From NCBI GenBank assembly GCA_951804945.1, contig OX638155.1, forward strand, positions 47,120,001 through 47,184,000: 64,000 bases of DNA. The letters run 5' to 3'. The position numbers and the translations under genes are program-made. Numbering within the stretch: position 1 is the stretch's first letter; the number at the start of each line of letters is the position of its first letter. This DNA is from Podarcis cretensis (Eukaryota). The notes beneath the pieces were generated by a model that was not told where the DNA came from, ran no database searches, and was given only the letters and a program-made list of their open reading frames with translations. Below, piece after piece: positions 28,859 through 43,689 of the stretch.

Positions 28859-28946
28859 ATCAATACATAGCTACAGCTGGTTGAAGGGGACCAAATCCAT
28901 TAAACAAGTGATTTGGTTCCATTTTACCAGCTTTAGCAAAGCATTG
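28859..28946 (-). ncRNA. MIR133A1: pre-miR-133a-1 (mature 3p 28874-28895, 5p 28911-28932)
   Basis: Exact UUUGGUCCCCUUCAACCAGCUG and AGCUGGUAAAAUGGAACCAAAU arms; location in MIB1 intron 12 matches known synteny. Confidence 0.98.
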
Positions 28947-29565
28947 AAGTTTAAGAGGCATACAATTGTTTCCATGTTGTGTTCATTAAAGTGTTATTGT
29001 GTGAATACAAGAGCTGTATGCAGTATATATTCCTTTTTAAATTTACAATTTTCCAAAGTTTCCCTAAATGGCTCATCTTTCTATAATAAAAAGTTCAAAA
29101 AAGTGAAACTCCAAATGTTAAACAATAGGAGAAAACACTTTCGTGGCTTGCAATAGTTGGTTTTGTTCTCTTTGTATGCTTTTTGTGATCGTAACTTGTA
29201 ATCATAATAGAAGATTCATAAAAGAAAATTTTAAGTCATGGCCTTAAAATTGAATGTTCTCGTGAATGTTGAACTATTTAATACTAGTAATGTGTTTCTC
29301 TTGGCTATCGGGTATCATATTTATCTCCCAAGGGGATTACTTCAGTTAAAGAGAATACTATTTTTATATTAGTTTGCTACTGCCACATTTAATTACAGCA
29401 GCTGTTGACAGAGAACTGATTACGGGAAGGTGAAGAAGGAGCAATGTTAGCTTGCTAGTGGTGTTCAACAAATGCTTCTATAGTTGTACTTTGGAACAAC
29501 CTTGGTTCATATTTCCGTGTTCTATAAGGCCTTTTCTGTAGTAATGTTCATTCAGTATAGAACAT

Positions 29566-29567
<2 letters not shown>

Positions 29568-29598
<31 letters not shown>
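29568..29598. repeat. (TG)n microsatellite
   Basis: Read directly from sequence. Confidence 0.95.
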
Positions 29599-29601
<3 letters not shown>

Positions 29602-29639
29602 ACATAAACAGTTCTTACCTCTCCTTGTTGTTTCAATTA

Positions 29640-29980
29640 CAGTGGTGCCCCACAAGACGAACGCCTTGCAAGACGGAAAACCCGCTAGACGAAAGGGTTT
29701 TCCGTTTTGGAGGTGCTTCGCAAAACGAATTTCCGTATGGGCTTGCTTCGCAAGACGAAAATGTCTTGCGAGTTCCTGCGGGTTTTTTCCCCCCTTTCCC
29801 CCCCCTTTTCCTAAGCCCTAAGCCGCTTATCAGCTGATCCGCTGATAAGCCGCTTATCAGCTGATCTGCTAAAAGCTGCTAATCCGCTAAGCTGTCAATG
29901 GGCTTGCTTCGCAAGACGAAAAAACCGCTATACGAAGAGCCTCACGGAACGGATTAATTTCGTCTTGCGCGGCACCACTG
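29640..29980. mobile_element. Tc1/mariner-superfamily MITE, family C (TIR CAGTGGTGCC..CAAGACGAA)
   Basis: TA flanks, ~22-bp TIRs, CpG-rich and so probably young, internal short palindromic repeats. Confidence 0.85.
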
Positions 29981-31850
29981 TATCATAATACATAACCCTT
30001 GATATCAGAGTTAAAAGTGCATACACTTTTGATTTTGAAGAAATGTCAGTACATGCAGTAAATCAATATATTTAAAGGCTTACATTGAGCCAATCAAAAG
30101 GAAGGGTAATGTTCAACTTATATATTAATAATGCATACATTAAATGTATCCTGCCAGCTTTGTTGCAAAGTGCCCTGGTGGTGATGAGATTTCTGTAAAT
30201 ATGCACTCATTCCTTGCTATTAAATATAGAAACGGCACATATTTGGCTTAAACCTTGAGCAGCAATAAAGCTGGTATCTATTTTTATCAGTTATATGGAA
30301 ACTGTTGTACAGGTCCAGCTGCTCGAGTGTTCTTTTGGATGGCAATAGTTTCATGTACTGGCTATATCAGGATAAAAAGTGACCATGGAAAGAAGCATGG
30401 TAGCATTTGATAATGTCAGCATCTGTTATCCTTGTCAGTCAAATGGTTGAGATGTTTGAGTTACAACTGTGTCAGCAGATGTCCAGAGTTCATCTTGTGC
30501 TTAGCTAGAATTCAACAGCTGACCTAAGTGATGGGGATGACATTATTAGTGTGGCTATGTTCTAAGAGAAACAAGACTTTACCGAGTTCGATGTGATTTT
30601 TATCTAAGGTTTGTTTTGCTGCTTGTTTACAATACTAGTGCAGGAAAAGGTGCAAAGTCTGACTCATGTTAATGCTCAATTTTAAGAATGTGAGCCTTCA
30701 GAAGTTAATCTTTAATTTGTTGCTCAGGTGCCCTATTTCTAGAAATGAGCAGTGCTTCATAGAAATAAGCAAGGTTTGATTCCTTTGCTGCTAGTGAATT
30801 CTGCTCTTAGATTATAAATTGGTTGATTATAGTGTTAGTTATAATACCAGTGTTGCTTTACAAACTATCTTTAAATATTGGTTGCTGGCTAAAACAAAAT
30901 GTGCTTCCAACATACACAAAAACCATAACTTTCAATTTCAAATCTACATAATGAGAAACATTCACATCTTTAATATAATCCGAATTTGAAAACTTTTGAT
31001 ATTTTTAACATTACTCCATTTAGTAACAGCTAGAATTTGGTTTTGAGAATCTGTACTACTTATGAATTGTTTGATATATGAAATGTTAGTATGAGCTGAA
31101 TTAATATATGTATTATGAATGTTTCTTTAAGGCTTCAGCTCTTGTTTTTTCAGTTTTTATCTGGTTCTTGCAAGTAATAGTTTAGGGGTAGAGCAAGCAT
31201 TTCATTTCTTAACTCTTAATCAAAAAACCTGTTTAACAAATAACGAGGTAATTTCATATTTTGTGGTTCAAATTTTGCCTCATGATATTCAGATTTAATC
31301 TACCATCTTTAAATTTCTCAAAACTTTAATTAGCATTCTTCTGATTTTTGAAAACAAGCCTTTGGGAACTAAAGACATCTGGTTGCTGACATATGAAAGC
31401 TTTACACATGAATTGAATGAGAATTTAGAGATGGCTACTTGCAACATAAGCAAGTATATGGTGCCTTATGGCTTAGATGTCATTGTGCCATAATATCAAA
31501 TCCACTTACCCTGAGTTTTCAGCTAAATTAAAAAAAAAAAAAGGTTATGACCCTTAATTGATTAGTAGTGATATTCTCACATCTACATGCTTACACAAGT
31601 GTCATGTTTTTATTGTTTATTCTAGTGATGTTGATTTTATTTTCTTAGGATAGATTTAGGATAGAAAATAAAATGTCTGCTTCTACAACCAATATTACTC
31701 TGGCAATGAAGATATATGCAAATGTTAGACAAATGTTAATGTTTCACAAATTGTACTACTATTCACCTGATCCTTTCACCCAAATATGACTAAAGTGGAT
31801 TCCTCATTCTTTGATCAGCTTAGTTCAGTTTTCTTTTAGTTGTAGTTCAT

Positions 31851-31935
31851 ACCTGCCAAAAATACATACTTCTTTACATTCCATAATATTGTATCTGCAT
31901 ATGGGTACATAAAGAAGTATGTGCTCTGGACAGGT
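31851..31935 (-). ncRNA. MIR1-2: pre-miR-1-2 (mature 3p 31862-31883, 5p 31900-31922)
   Basis: Exact UGGAAUGUAAAGAAGUAUGUAU and star arm ACAUACUUCUUUAUGUACCCAUA; ~2.9 kb upstream of miR-133a-1 on the same strand. Confidence 0.98.
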
Positions 31936-33999
31936 TTTAACAGCCGCTAATTGCCAGTTGAAACTGAAAACATTTTTTCTTTATCCTAAAGTGCAAAATA
32001 ATTGTTCCCAATTAATTTCAGGAACTGGTTTTTGTTTTAATCTGCTGGTGAAGCTAAAATTCACAGTGTAGTTTACCTGCGCAGTAGTTTAAAGCATATT
32101 AAAAGTCATTGTTTGTCTATGAGGATTTCAAGTACTTGTCTGGACTTCTGTTTCTTCTTACTGTCAATTAAACTTGCATATGAAGAATAATCTGCCTTCA
32201 TCAAAAGTTGGCTGTACCAATTATATCCATGAAATGGGATGTTGTACTCCACTTTGAGCTTGGTTTGCTGGCTGTCTGCATCCATATTTAATTCTGTTCA
32301 TTCTAGAAGCTGACGGCAATTATCCAAATAAAATGGAAATGATTTTCTTTGTAAAAATCCCAATGCTAGTAGTTTGTTGTAGCTCCCACAATTTTTTTTA
32401 TCGAGTTATTGAAGATGATGCTGAGTACAAAATTCAAAGCAGGTGACGGGAAATCTTCTAAATGTTAGGATTTGGCCTATAGTTGGCTCTAGTTCACGGA
32501 TTGTGAGCTGGTACTTACTGAACATTTATGAAATAAGTTCATGCAATAGTTCCTATATTTGCAATACAGAGTCATTTGCCAGCTTACTACATTTACTATA
32601 TCAGATATATTGCAATATTTAGCTATCTAATTAATTCCATCTCTTTCTATTGAATCTGTTAGTTTGGAATCGAAATTACAAGATCAGGTGGCAAAAACCT
32701 ATAAAATTTGTTTGTGGGGGTCAGCTATTTTTTAAGAGGTGAAATGTACAAATAACAGTTTTGAAAGATGCTTAATTGCATTTGTGACATTGATTCATGA
32801 TCTGAACAAGGAAATAGGTTCTCATAAGTATTAATTTAGAGAAAAGCTTGAGTAAAACATCTAAATGGTAGTCAGGCAAGAGAAAAACCATGTATGTTCA
32901 ATTTCTGCAGCCCATGACAAAAAGCTAGTGAAGCTGATAGAGAGCAAATCAGAGTCTAGCAGTAGCTAGCACAGTACTACAAGGAGGAACAGCAATGCAG
33001 CATAATAATTATAACTTGCTTGTTTTCAGATTTGAACTGGATTGTAATCATGCTTAAGAATAAAATACCTTTAATGTTCTCTCTTAGTAAAAGTGTTGTG
33101 CAGTTAATGCATTGCCATCCTTTTTCCTTCCTATAATAAAATGGTCACAAAATGCTAGCTAGATGTGGTTTGAAAGGGAGAACGAAGTGATGCATTTCTC
33201 TAAAATTAATACTTTTAGAAATTGCTTAGATAGCAATGGATGCAATGTTCTAAAATACAGCTAAGACAAGATTTCTTGTCAAACAGGCACCTGCCTATGG
33301 TTTTTAGGTTAAATAGGATTTTTCCAAATTTACTCTTTACAGATGCTTGATACTTAAACACACTGGCAATAAGTGTTACCTACAATAGAGATTAACAAAA
33401 ACAATCTATTAAATGATACATGCAGACAGGAATCCTTTAAACATGTGGAATAATTTAGGACTTCTAATGCTCTGTTACCTGTAAGCTTATCATGCAGCAT
33501 TTGCAGTTGGAAGAGAGGTAGTGACCTAGAGAGAGACATCAGCAGCAGCCATCTCATCTTGAGTGTTCACTCTATTCGCTGATTCAGCTCTTCCTTATGT
33601 GGGAGGGGGAGCAGTGAGAAGGTGAAAGTGAATACATATTTCACTTTCTAAAATAGTTATATCTAAAACGTAAACAGGAATTTTAATAGGTATCTGCTAT
33701 GTGGATGCGTGGAAACAAGTTCCTTGTGGCTGCAAGACTGAAAGTAAAATATCCAGGGTAAAGCTGCTAGGAAACCCAAAGCAGGACAAAGTCTTCTTGT
33801 TTGTCAGTTGAAAACAACGAAAAAAATGTTCATGAAATCTTAAAAATTAAGCATGCACCTGCATCACCCCCACCCCTTCCCAATAAAGTATTTCCCCCTT
33901 CCTTCACTTCAGATGTTGCGCTTCGTCTCTCTTCTTCCTTGGGTTTAGTTTCCAGCCAGATTTGTTGTAGCTATTTTCTGTCTTCAGATGTCGAAGAGA

Positions 34000-34240
34000 T
34001 GTTGTTAAGGTCAGGGCTCCCACATACATGCTATTTCGACTGGATCTATTTGCCTCTCAGAGTGAGCGAGCAAAACTGTTTCAGCTTTATAGGCAGCTAA
34101 GCATTCAAAACATCCACTCCCAGGCAAACAGACTCTCTTCTGCCTCTCTCTTCCCTGACCATATTTAGTCAACCATTGCAAAAAATAGTATCTCGGCTGT
34201 TGGTTGCAGTTCCAGGGGCAGAGCGTGGCTCTATCTTTCT
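34000..34240 (-). promoter_or_regulatory. Candidate muscle promoter of pri-miR-1-2/133a-1
   Basis: Minus-strand TATAAA 34086-34091, CArG-like CTAAATATGG 34159-34168, MEF2-like 34179-34188, ERR element TTAAGGTCA 34005-34013. Confidence 0.6.
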
Positions 34241-35924
34241 TTCTCTATTGATTGTTCATCCTGCAGTCCCAACAGTGCTCAGTCATTTGTGCTGATATGT
34301 TTTTAGCAATGTCAAATAAAGCGAGGTATTCTGTTTCTACTTAGGTTTTTCTGGATTTTTTTTATCTTGAATTCACAAGCCTCGAGCATCTGTGACTCTG
34401 TTTTGAGGCATTAGACATCAAAACGAGGGGAAAGATACTGAGAAAAAACCTAATGAATAAGCAGCATTTAAATGTAATGCCATTTTAGAAATACTTCTGT
34501 GTGTGAAAACAAATTAAAATTTGAAGAATTGAACCTAAATCTGTTAATAAGCAAGATGGAAAAACTGTGCCTAGTTTTATTTTAAAGTCTTTCATAGCGC
34601 AAGGGCAGTTGAGCTTAGGAAATACTGCAGTATATCTTATGAATAGTGAAAACAGCAGACAAAACAATATATTAAACATGGCTATAAAGATGGTATTTCC
34701 TATTCATCTCTTGATAAAATACCTTATAGCAAGCAATTAGGGGTGGACTCCAATCAGATGGACCTCAAACAAGTAATTTCTATGTAGCATTCCTGTAATC
34801 ACAGCTCTCCATTTATGGGAGGACTGCTGAAGGGAAGGATGGTTGTTGCTGTTGCAGGAAACTCCAACATGCAGCATTCAGAAAAAGGGGTAGAGAGGAT
34901 GTGGGGGACAGCATCCCTTATTAAATGTTTTAAAATATTTGAAAGGAATAATGTGTTGGAAATACAATATGTAAGTGCAATATAAAATAATTGACAAATA
35001 AGAATTATTTAACCTTAGCTATATCACAAGGACTCCCTGGTATTACCTGTACATGCCTTTTTCCATGTTGCAACCTGCAAATGTCAGATGGATGATTATT
35101 AGATAGATAATGGTCATTTTCTCTGGTGGCACCCCATGTTTGGATTCTCCTGCCTAGGTCCCTCCACTGTTTAAATATATTAATTAAATTAATTAAATAT
35201 ATGTAAGGTATAACACACATGCATTTCCTTTCTGTACTCCCCTAGCAGCATCTTCTGTTCTAACCAAAGTACTAGGTTCCATGTATGTTCTTGGGAAATT
35301 AGAAAATTTTCCTGGCCTTTAAACTATGATAAAGAAAAAAGCAGTGGAGCTCTGTTGCTGCCATAGAATCTTGTATCTGAATTCCATTCATATAAGTTAA
35401 TAGGAAGAAAATATGTAGTGTCAGTCTAGCAGATTGAAGCACACCAGGTGGTGCATGAGCTGCATGAACATCATTCCTGAATGTGAAGTAACTTAATCAC
35501 AGGGAAGAAGCTGAGATTGAGGGCAGGGTTGGAAGTAGACATTCTACATATGTACTTCTCTAAAAAAAGAAAGTCAGTATTTTCTTTCTTCAGGCCAACC
35601 CCATATCACTGCATAATTAGGACATTGGTACAACATCACCTTCATGATAAACGTTGGGAAGCTGTTTATAATTTATTACTTCTGGAATGTAATAATGTCC
35701 TTTTTGCATAGTTCTCATTGAGCTTGAAAGTTAGGATGAAAATTTAGTAAAATTCAAAGAATCTCGCTAAAGTGATTAAAAATAACTTACTTAGAAAAGA
35801 ATACCAACAGATTTTGGGGGTATGCGGATACTAGAGTAGGCACAAAGAAAAACAGGAGTCCTATTGCACAAATGGATTTCCATTATGGAAACAGGTGGAA
35901 TGTTGCCCAATATCTGCAACTTGA

Positions 35925-36203
<279 letters not shown>

Positions 36204-36553
36204 TAGATCATTTGTACATGAGTATTTGTACAATGAGTATTGTCTACTCTGTCACTGACTTTCCATGGTGTCTGGAAAAGTTCTTTTATCATTGCCTACT
36301 ACTTGAGGCAACTGTGGAAATACCAGAAGTTGAATCTAGGATCTTTTTGCACGCAAAGCACCTATTCTTCTAGTGAGCTGTGGCCCTGTCCATAATCCAT
36401 GCAACACTGGTTTGTTTGTAGAGGTAGATCAATGGAATACACACATATTCTGAGGGATCTGTTTTGCCAATTCAGATATGACAAAGTTATATTTTCTACG
36501 TTATATTAGTGTATTTTACGATGACCCTGATTTTTTAGTGATTAACATTTTTG

Positions 36554-37285
36554 TAAGAACATAAGAAGAGCCTGCCGGACCAGACCAATAACTCATCCAG
36601 TCCAGCATCCTGTTCTCACAGTGGCTGGCCAGATAGATGCCTATGGGAAACCTGCAATCAGGATTCATACACAAGAGCCGTCTCCCCTCCTGTGGCTTCT
36701 AGTAACTGCCATTGAGAAGCATTGCTGCCTCCAACTGTGGAGGCAGAGTATAGCCATCATGACTTGTAGCCCTTGATAGCCCTCTCATGTTTTCGTTTAG
36801 GATTTTTTGAATCCTCTTTTAAAGCCATCCAGGCTGGTAGCCATCACTGTCTCCTGAGGAAGCGAGTTCCAGAGTTTAACTGTGTGCTGCATGAAGAAGT
36901 ACTTTCTTTTATCCGTTTTGAGTCTTCCACTTTGAGCTTCATTGGATGTCCATGAGCTCTATAATTATAAGAGAGGGGGAAAACTTTTATCTACCCACTT
37001 TCCCCAGGCCACTTTCTCCACTTTCTCTAAACTAAGAAGTCCCAAGCACTGCAACCTTTCTTCACAAGGAAGTTGCTCAATCCCCTTGATCATTTTGGTT
37101 ACCTTTTTCTGAACCTTTTCTAACCCCTACAAATATCCTTTTTGAGGTGAGGTGACAAGAACAGTATTCAAATGTGGTTACATCATAAATTTGTATAACT
37201 GCATAATAATGCTGGCAGTTTTAATTCCTTTCCTAATTATCCCTACCATGGAATTTGCACTTTTCACAGCCGCCGCACACTAGTT
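36554..37285 (-). mobile_element. CR1 LINE 3' end (5'-truncated)
   Basis: Begins with the reverse tail gtaagaacataagaagagcctg typical of squamate CR1, followed by decayed ORF2. Confidence 0.8.
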
Positions 37286-37779
37286 AACCTTGCAGGAAGA
37301 AAGGCTCCCCCACTCCATTTTACCAGCTAGTCCCAGTGTAGCTTAAGTTGCGCATTTGGTAAGGTGCTCATTCAGAAGCAGCTGTCCTTATTGTAAGCAA
37401 GTGGGAAAGTTACCAACTGAATGTCTAATCTAGTAAGACATTTTGAGGGTTGTTGCTTACATTAATTCCATTTGCAAGTAGTGTTATGCTCTTATGTATA
37501 AATTAGGTTTTAAAGATGACTAATGGAAAGATCTAATGCGGTTTTCATGTCACATGATCAATATTTAATGTATGCTATTATAAATAGTTAGATATTCATT
37601 TGGTTTTAGCCTCATGAACTAATATGTAGATGAAATATGTTTTGGGCTTTTGGGAACATGGCAAGGTGGCTTCATCTGTCCACCCCATCTGTCCACATTC
37701 ATCTGTCCTGCTTGCCCATGCACGTCCCAAGAAAAGGTCCAGTTCAGGATTTCTTGTTGGTTTTAATGTTAATAAGTAA

Positions 37780-37899
<120 letters not shown>

Positions 37900-38984
37900 T
37901 AGTAGACCATAAGGCAGTTTCTCAGACTGTAGGTTACAGTTGCACAATTTGGTGCTTTTTTCTTTTACCAGGCCACAAGCACACAATTCCTGTTGTGTGG
38001 ACCCTGCAATATATATGCTTGCTCATTCTCTCTAGTATATATCATGCTTAAATTCTGTTCAAACACATACTGTCTGTTGCTATATTAACATTAAAAAAAT
38101 GAAATATACACTTGCTTTCGATATTCTCGCTAGTTCTATTGTAGATTGAAAAGTAGGGTACATTGATTGATTTGCACAACAACACTTCTGAATTATGCCT
38201 TGTGGCTGTCCCAGAGGAGAATTCGGGATGAAATATTCCTAAGGCTTGTTGTAGCGTGTTCCTGTCATGCTAAGCTATGGTGTAGTGCAGTGTCTGAGCT
38301 GAGCTTGTACTCCTTACATTTTCACAGCAAACTTGTATTTTGCCTCCATTTTATCCCAACTATATTAATATTCCTAATTTGGAAATAGGGAGGCATCAGA
38401 GGTGGTGTTGGTCAAATGAAATAAATATATATTTACAATATCACTGAATTGAAGCAGCTGCTGATAGAACACTCTTTTTGTTGTGTCCCAATGGTTGCAT
38501 GAATGGAAGACAGCTTGTGCCACCTATCTCTTTGCCTCTTCCCTCTCTGTATCCCTTGTATTTCCTGCTAAGCCTCACTAAATAGACTCCTGAATAGTGG
38601 GAGGTGGGGAAAATAGTCTGAAATCAGATGGGGGAACCTTGCACAGTGCAGTCTCACTCTTCCTGTACATTGTGGCCTGCACTGTTCTGGAACCCTGTCC
38701 CCAACCCCATGGAGAGACTTTGGAGGGGGTGTTAGGGCTTCAGTGAAAGAGGAAGAGCAGGTTTGGTTGTCTGAGCTGCCTTCTGGTCATGCAACTATAA
38801 TAATAATATTATAATAATTTATTATTTATACCCTGCCCATCTGGCTGCATTCCCCCAGCCATTCAACTATTAGATGCAGCCCATTCTTATCAGCTTGTTA
38901 CTTAACTCTGACATATCAAATTGTATGCTAGTTATATTTCTTGAGATTAAAATTAGATTTGGTAAAAACGGAGTTTAAAGAATA

Positions 38985-39225
38985 CAGTGGTACCTTGGGT
39001 TGCAAACACCTTGGGTTACAAACACCTTGGTTACAGACTTCACTAAGCCGAAAGTATTACCTCGGGTTAAAAACTTTACCCCAGGATGAGAACAGAAATC
39101 GTGTGGTGGCGGTATGGTGGCAGTGGGAGGCCCCATTAGCTAAAGTGGTACCTCAGGTTAAGAATGGTTTCAGGTTAAGAACAGACCTCTGGAACGAATT
39201 AAGTTCGTAACCAGAGGTACCACTG
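38985..39225. mobile_element. MITE family A copy
   Basis: TA flanks and TIRs. Confidence 0.85.
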
Positions 39226-39363
39226 TAAAGCGTAAAAGATACAAATAAGTCTGAACATAATTAAAGTGACTTTGCATGGCAAATTTATGTGCTATTGTGC
39301 ACTTCAGAGTTTCTAATGTGTCTATGATTCATTATATGAGAAAATAAATGTTCAAAAGGCTGA

Positions 39364-39636
<273 letters not shown>

Positions 39637-40728
39637 TGAAAAGCAATTATTTAAAGATAATATTCCATTAAATATAAATGCCAATTGAGAATTAGTTTGG
39701 CATATTATCATGGACAACTTTGGTAGAAAAACATTTTTTTTAAAAATCCCCAAATATTTCTGATTTTGGTAATCAGCTTATATTTCTTTTCAAAAGTTCA
39801 TAAAATGTCATTTGAATTAACAAGCAGTAATCCAGAACAAAAATGAGCTAAATAATTATAGTATGCATGGCTTCTAACTTTTCAGTTGTATGCTTTGTAC
39901 TAAACGATAGAAACTGACCATAGAATTTATATTTATGTTTTAGATAGTGTTTTGAGCATATTTGTCTGTGTGGTTGTATATACAAGGAAAGTGAGTTAAT
40001 TTTTATTATTCAAGTAGTTTCATTGAGGCAGAACAATAGGAAAAAATAACTGCAGAGAAATTAGGTGATTTTTATGGCAGTAGTGTTAACAGCAGATGAG
40101 GGTTAAATTTTAACTTAAAAATATGGCAAATGCCAGAATTGTGCTGAGTTGCACATGAAGGGTTGGTATGTGGGATGAATGGCTTGGTACAAAAGAACTG
40201 TCAACATCATGCATCATATCCAACACCAGTGCTCCACTAGTGCAGTGGACTTTCCCAGTGGGATTTCCTCCTCTTCTCATGTTCTCTGTAGCTCCCCATT
40301 TATACTCAAAATCAGCTCCATGGGGTAGGAGGACTCCTTAGAGCAGATTTAGATGGTATGTGGGGAGAGGGAGAGGAAGGGCAACACTTCCTGATCCAGA
40401 AAGCATTGAGAGAGCTTCAAAACCTTGATGCCGCTAGACTGTTAGATGCCCAAATTTATCCTTTGGGCTCTCTTTGGGGGTACACATTACCTCTGTGCTT
40501 CCCCCCAGCTCTCACAGCAAGTGAGCTGCTCAACCGGAGCAAAACCCGCCATCCGCCATCTTCTGGGGCAACCTGGTAGTCCCACTCACTATGCCACTGG
40601 AACTCTGCATGTGCAGTGTTTGATACTACCAGACGATACAGTCTTTCACTCTGTTCAAGGAACTTTGAAAAGAACTAACTGTGTGAAGTTACACTTCAGG
40701 GCTAGTATTTGCTCAGATCTATTAATGA

Positions 40729-41004
<276 letters not shown>

Positions 41005-42854
41005 TAGCAGCGCAATAGGATTAACCCACATTTCCTTTCCAATTTTCTGTTTGCTATAGAACAGCTGATAAAGTACACACACACACATATGTTGTAACCT
41101 GCCCTGGGACGTTATGGGGTGAAGGGTGGGTAATAAACCTTGTAAATAAATAAGTACGTTTATCCCAATTCTAAGAGAAGCAAATAAAATTAAGGTAGAT
41201 TTGCATTCTCACAATATTTAGTTTCATGTGAGCTAAATTGAATAGTGGTGTTCTCATTTAAGTTTCTTAATGTTTTAATGTATACAATCCTTGGTTTAGC
41301 TGACAAGCTCAGTTTGGCTGCAAAGACAGTCAGCCCTGGTATTTTGCAGGCATTGACTGAGAGAGGGATTTCTCCTGTATACAGTCAATACTTGAAAAAT
41401 TCAGGCTTCTTTCTCTGCTCCTGATCACTTGATCAGAAGGGGAGAAAGAAGCCTTTGCTAGCCCTATGTCAAACATAGGAGAAGCGCCAAGCATAGGGCT
41501 GACCGAGAGGGGAGAAAGGTTCCTTTTGCAAGCATTGACAATGAGAAGTTCCACTTGCTGTCAGTGCCTGCAAAGTGCAGACTACTTTCTCCTTTTCATT
41601 CCCATGGTGCAACACATGGGGCAGCAATGCCCCTTAAGATATATACCTTGAGCTATGGTTCTCAAATGCTTGGGGTACACCATATGCAGGGGATTTGAAT
41701 GGGCAGGCAGGACAACCATATGACATCATAATGACATGTGATACACAGGTGAGTTATTCTGCCCACAAGTTGTCCTGTGGGATGGGGCCTGAAAAAAATC
41801 AGCCCCTGGAGCCAAAATGTTTTCTCCACCCCATGGCTAGTGGAAGCCTTTTCTTCAATCATTTATTTTATTTTGCCATTTACTTTTAATTAACATTTCA
41901 TACAGTGTTTTCATTTTTGAATTTTGAATTCACTGTCCACTGTGGCTATTCTGTGCCCTCAGCAACATTTTGAAATTGGTCAGAACTTTGAGATAGAAAA
42001 TTACTTAATGCATGCTCCCTGTTCCAGATCACACAGGAAGTCAGGAATTTTGGAATATGAGCCATGATCAAAATCGGCTCTTCCATCCACATGCACACTG
42101 TTGCAAATATTCTCCCAGGGGCAGCACCTTGTGTGTCATGGGATATTGGTGTAGAAAGCCCCTGACCATGCATTGGATTTTTGAGCTGCCTAGGAAACAT
42201 GCCAATTGAAGGAATGAGGTAAAGGTTCCTGTGCCCAATCTGAACTTGTCTGCAGCACTTTAGATCCCAGCTGTTGCCTCTTTATTCTTCAGTGAGCCTC
42301 ACAGGTTTTTGAAATATTTAAATAATAATCCAAGGTTTTGCCAGTTTTCCAACATAAATTTAACTAAATGTCAGTCGAAAGTTCATATAGCCATGTTTTC
42401 CTGTTAAGGGAGGGGAACCTCAGAGAAGAAACTGTTCTGTAATATATTTATTAAGACCATTTGTCAGGCTTTTTTGCATAATACCTAGCCTGATTGAGTT
42501 TTGATGAATTCAGCTTTACATGCACACTTTGTGACGTTTTAAGAAGTATTAAAGAAATTCTTCTGTTATTTGTTTTCCATTTTTACTAAATGTCAGTGCC
42601 GCTCTTAAGTGTTAAAACAGTCCAGGAGGAATGTAAAAGAATTAAAAAATTAATATACTTACCAAGCTTAAGGTTTTTTGCCCTTGGCATGATTTTAAGC
42701 TATACAGAATAGCCACCTTTTTCTACCTAATTCTTTCTACCTTAATGGCAGGGTGCATTGTTTACTATTCCCCTGAATTTCCAATGCAGATGAGTAAATA
42801 TTAATCTTGAAGCAATACAACAAAGTATGATATAATGCAAAATGATTACATATA

Positions 42855-43041
42855 CAGTCATACCTTGGGTTACAGATGTTTCAGGTTGCGCACCGCGCCA
42901 AACCCGGAAATTCCGGAACGGGTTACTTCCGGGTTTCGGCGCAGAAGCGCCGAATCATGAGCCATGCATGCGCAGACACGGTGCTGCGCGTTGCAAATGT
43001 CCCTCCAGCACGGATCACGTTCACAACCAGAGCGTCCACTG
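42855..43041. mobile_element. Tc1/mariner-superfamily MITE with imperfect TIRs
   Basis: TA-CAGT...ACTG-TA, CpG-rich insert in an AT-rich intron. Confidence 0.7.
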
Positions 43042-43310
43042 TATAGGGTGGAATTGAACACCCATCTTTTTCCAATCATTCAACCTGCAAAAGCATTGCA
43101 ACTTACCAAATGGAATGATGCCCCCTCTCCCCTCCCATGTACTCTCTTCTAGGGGTTCTCATCCCAAGCTAATTTTGGGGGATGCAGGAGGTGGAGAGGA
43201 GGGGTAAGCCCTGTTACGCATGTGGAAGTCATTGTACACGGCTTCCACTAACATGGCTGGTTAGGTGAACTATGCAGATTATGTTGAATATTTATATAAT
43301 ATCTCAATGA

Positions 43311-43544
<234 letters not shown>

Positions 43545-43689
43545 TAGTATGACATACCTTAAAATATAAGTTTTTATGTGCCATTTTAAACTTCGAGCAT
43601 TTTAAATGATGCTCTTAGAATCAAACAGCAGAAACACTTAAGCAAATGACAGTCTGGGTCATAGTCCTAAGCAGCAGACTGTTATATTC

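Noticed and set aside
29810-29900. Short palindromic repeats superficially like a CRISPR array
   Set aside because: Internal to a MITE, no regular unique spacers, eukaryotic DNA
33470-33490. AG|GT recursive-splice-like site on the minus strand
   Set aside because: No adequate polypyrimidine tract
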